DNA from: an uncultured archaeon
Lineage (GTDB): Archaea; Asgardarchaeota; Thorarchaeia; Thorarchaeales; Thorarchaeaceae
DNA: 56,004 nucleotides
Assembly: GCA_964590575.1 (NCBI GenBank)
Contig: CAZPWM010000008.1
Coordinates: 1-56,004 of the forward strand
Direction of reading: 5' to 3'
Shown here: positions 55,742 to 56,004 of the stretch, one piece after another
How positions within the stretch are numbered: the first letter of the stretch is position 1
How the letters are laid out: each line of letters starts with the position of its first letter
Translations under genes and position numbers: made by a program
Notes under the pieces: generated by a model
Databases searched by the model: none
What the model saw: only the letters and a program-made list of their open reading frames with translations
What the model was told of the DNA's origin: nothing

Positions 55742-56004
55742 CCAATTGTGAAAACAAAGGTTTTGACGTGGCGTTTTCCCTGCAAATATTCCTGTGCTAT
55801 AGTTCTCCCCGAGGGAGATAATGATGTAACTCGGAAAAGATGATTTACCACAAATTCGTATGAAAATTCTGAGAGGAAATAGAATCGCTACTTATCCATA
55901 GGCGTGAGCAACTCTAGATCAGTGACTTCTATCTCACTCATTCTACTTAGCCTCCGTAGATTCTGTCGTGGCAAAAGCCATGAAGCTGTCAATAATATCA
56001 ATAT

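Noticed and set aside
1-56004. CRISPR array or cas operon associated with the TnpB/Cas12-like gene
   Set aside because: No regularly spaced repeat-spacer series was seen. The 11-bp tandem repeat at 45910 has no spacers.
1-56004. Selenocysteine or pyrrolysine read-through
   Set aside because: No gene shows a conserved domain continuing in frame past a TGA or TAG. The only split gene is explained by a frameshift.

Overview
Archaeal chromosomal segment, most likely from an Asgard archaeon and probably Thorarchaeia-like. This is an inference from the archaeal core genes plus eukaryote-like OST3/6-, WBP1- and PAC4-like ORFs. The housekeeping backbone carries glyA, mazG-like, sec61beta-rpl44e-rps27e-aIF2alpha-nop10, aglB/STT3, gcvH/gcvT, folP/mptE, topA, XPD/Rad3, radB, carS, PolD large subunit, RPA, sufS, elf1, lhr, engB, tRNA-Pro(CGG), a C5 DNA methyltransferase, the archaeal modified mevalonate cluster (mvk, UbiD-type decarboxylase, aconitase-X large and small subunits) and rps2. 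Accessory DNA is interspersed. (1) A visibly GC-richer two-gene island at about 6.2-12.9 kb encodes a membrane-anchored HerA/VirB4-type ATPase, split by a frameshift at a CTCG tandem repeat, coupled to a ~1050-aa protein with an acidic N-terminal half, HTH repeats and a double-motif LAGLIDADG domain. (2) A 5'-truncated TnpB has the rearranged, Fanzor-type RuvC active site. (3) Two related HTH-array/HNH genes flank the mevalonate cluster's distal genes. (4) Four small cargo islets are each bracketed by a diverged direct repeat; in three cases the repeat is a decayed second copy of the 3' end of the upstream gene (mazG, tRNA-Pro, ubiD). No CRISPR array, rRNA, integrase or transposase was seen.
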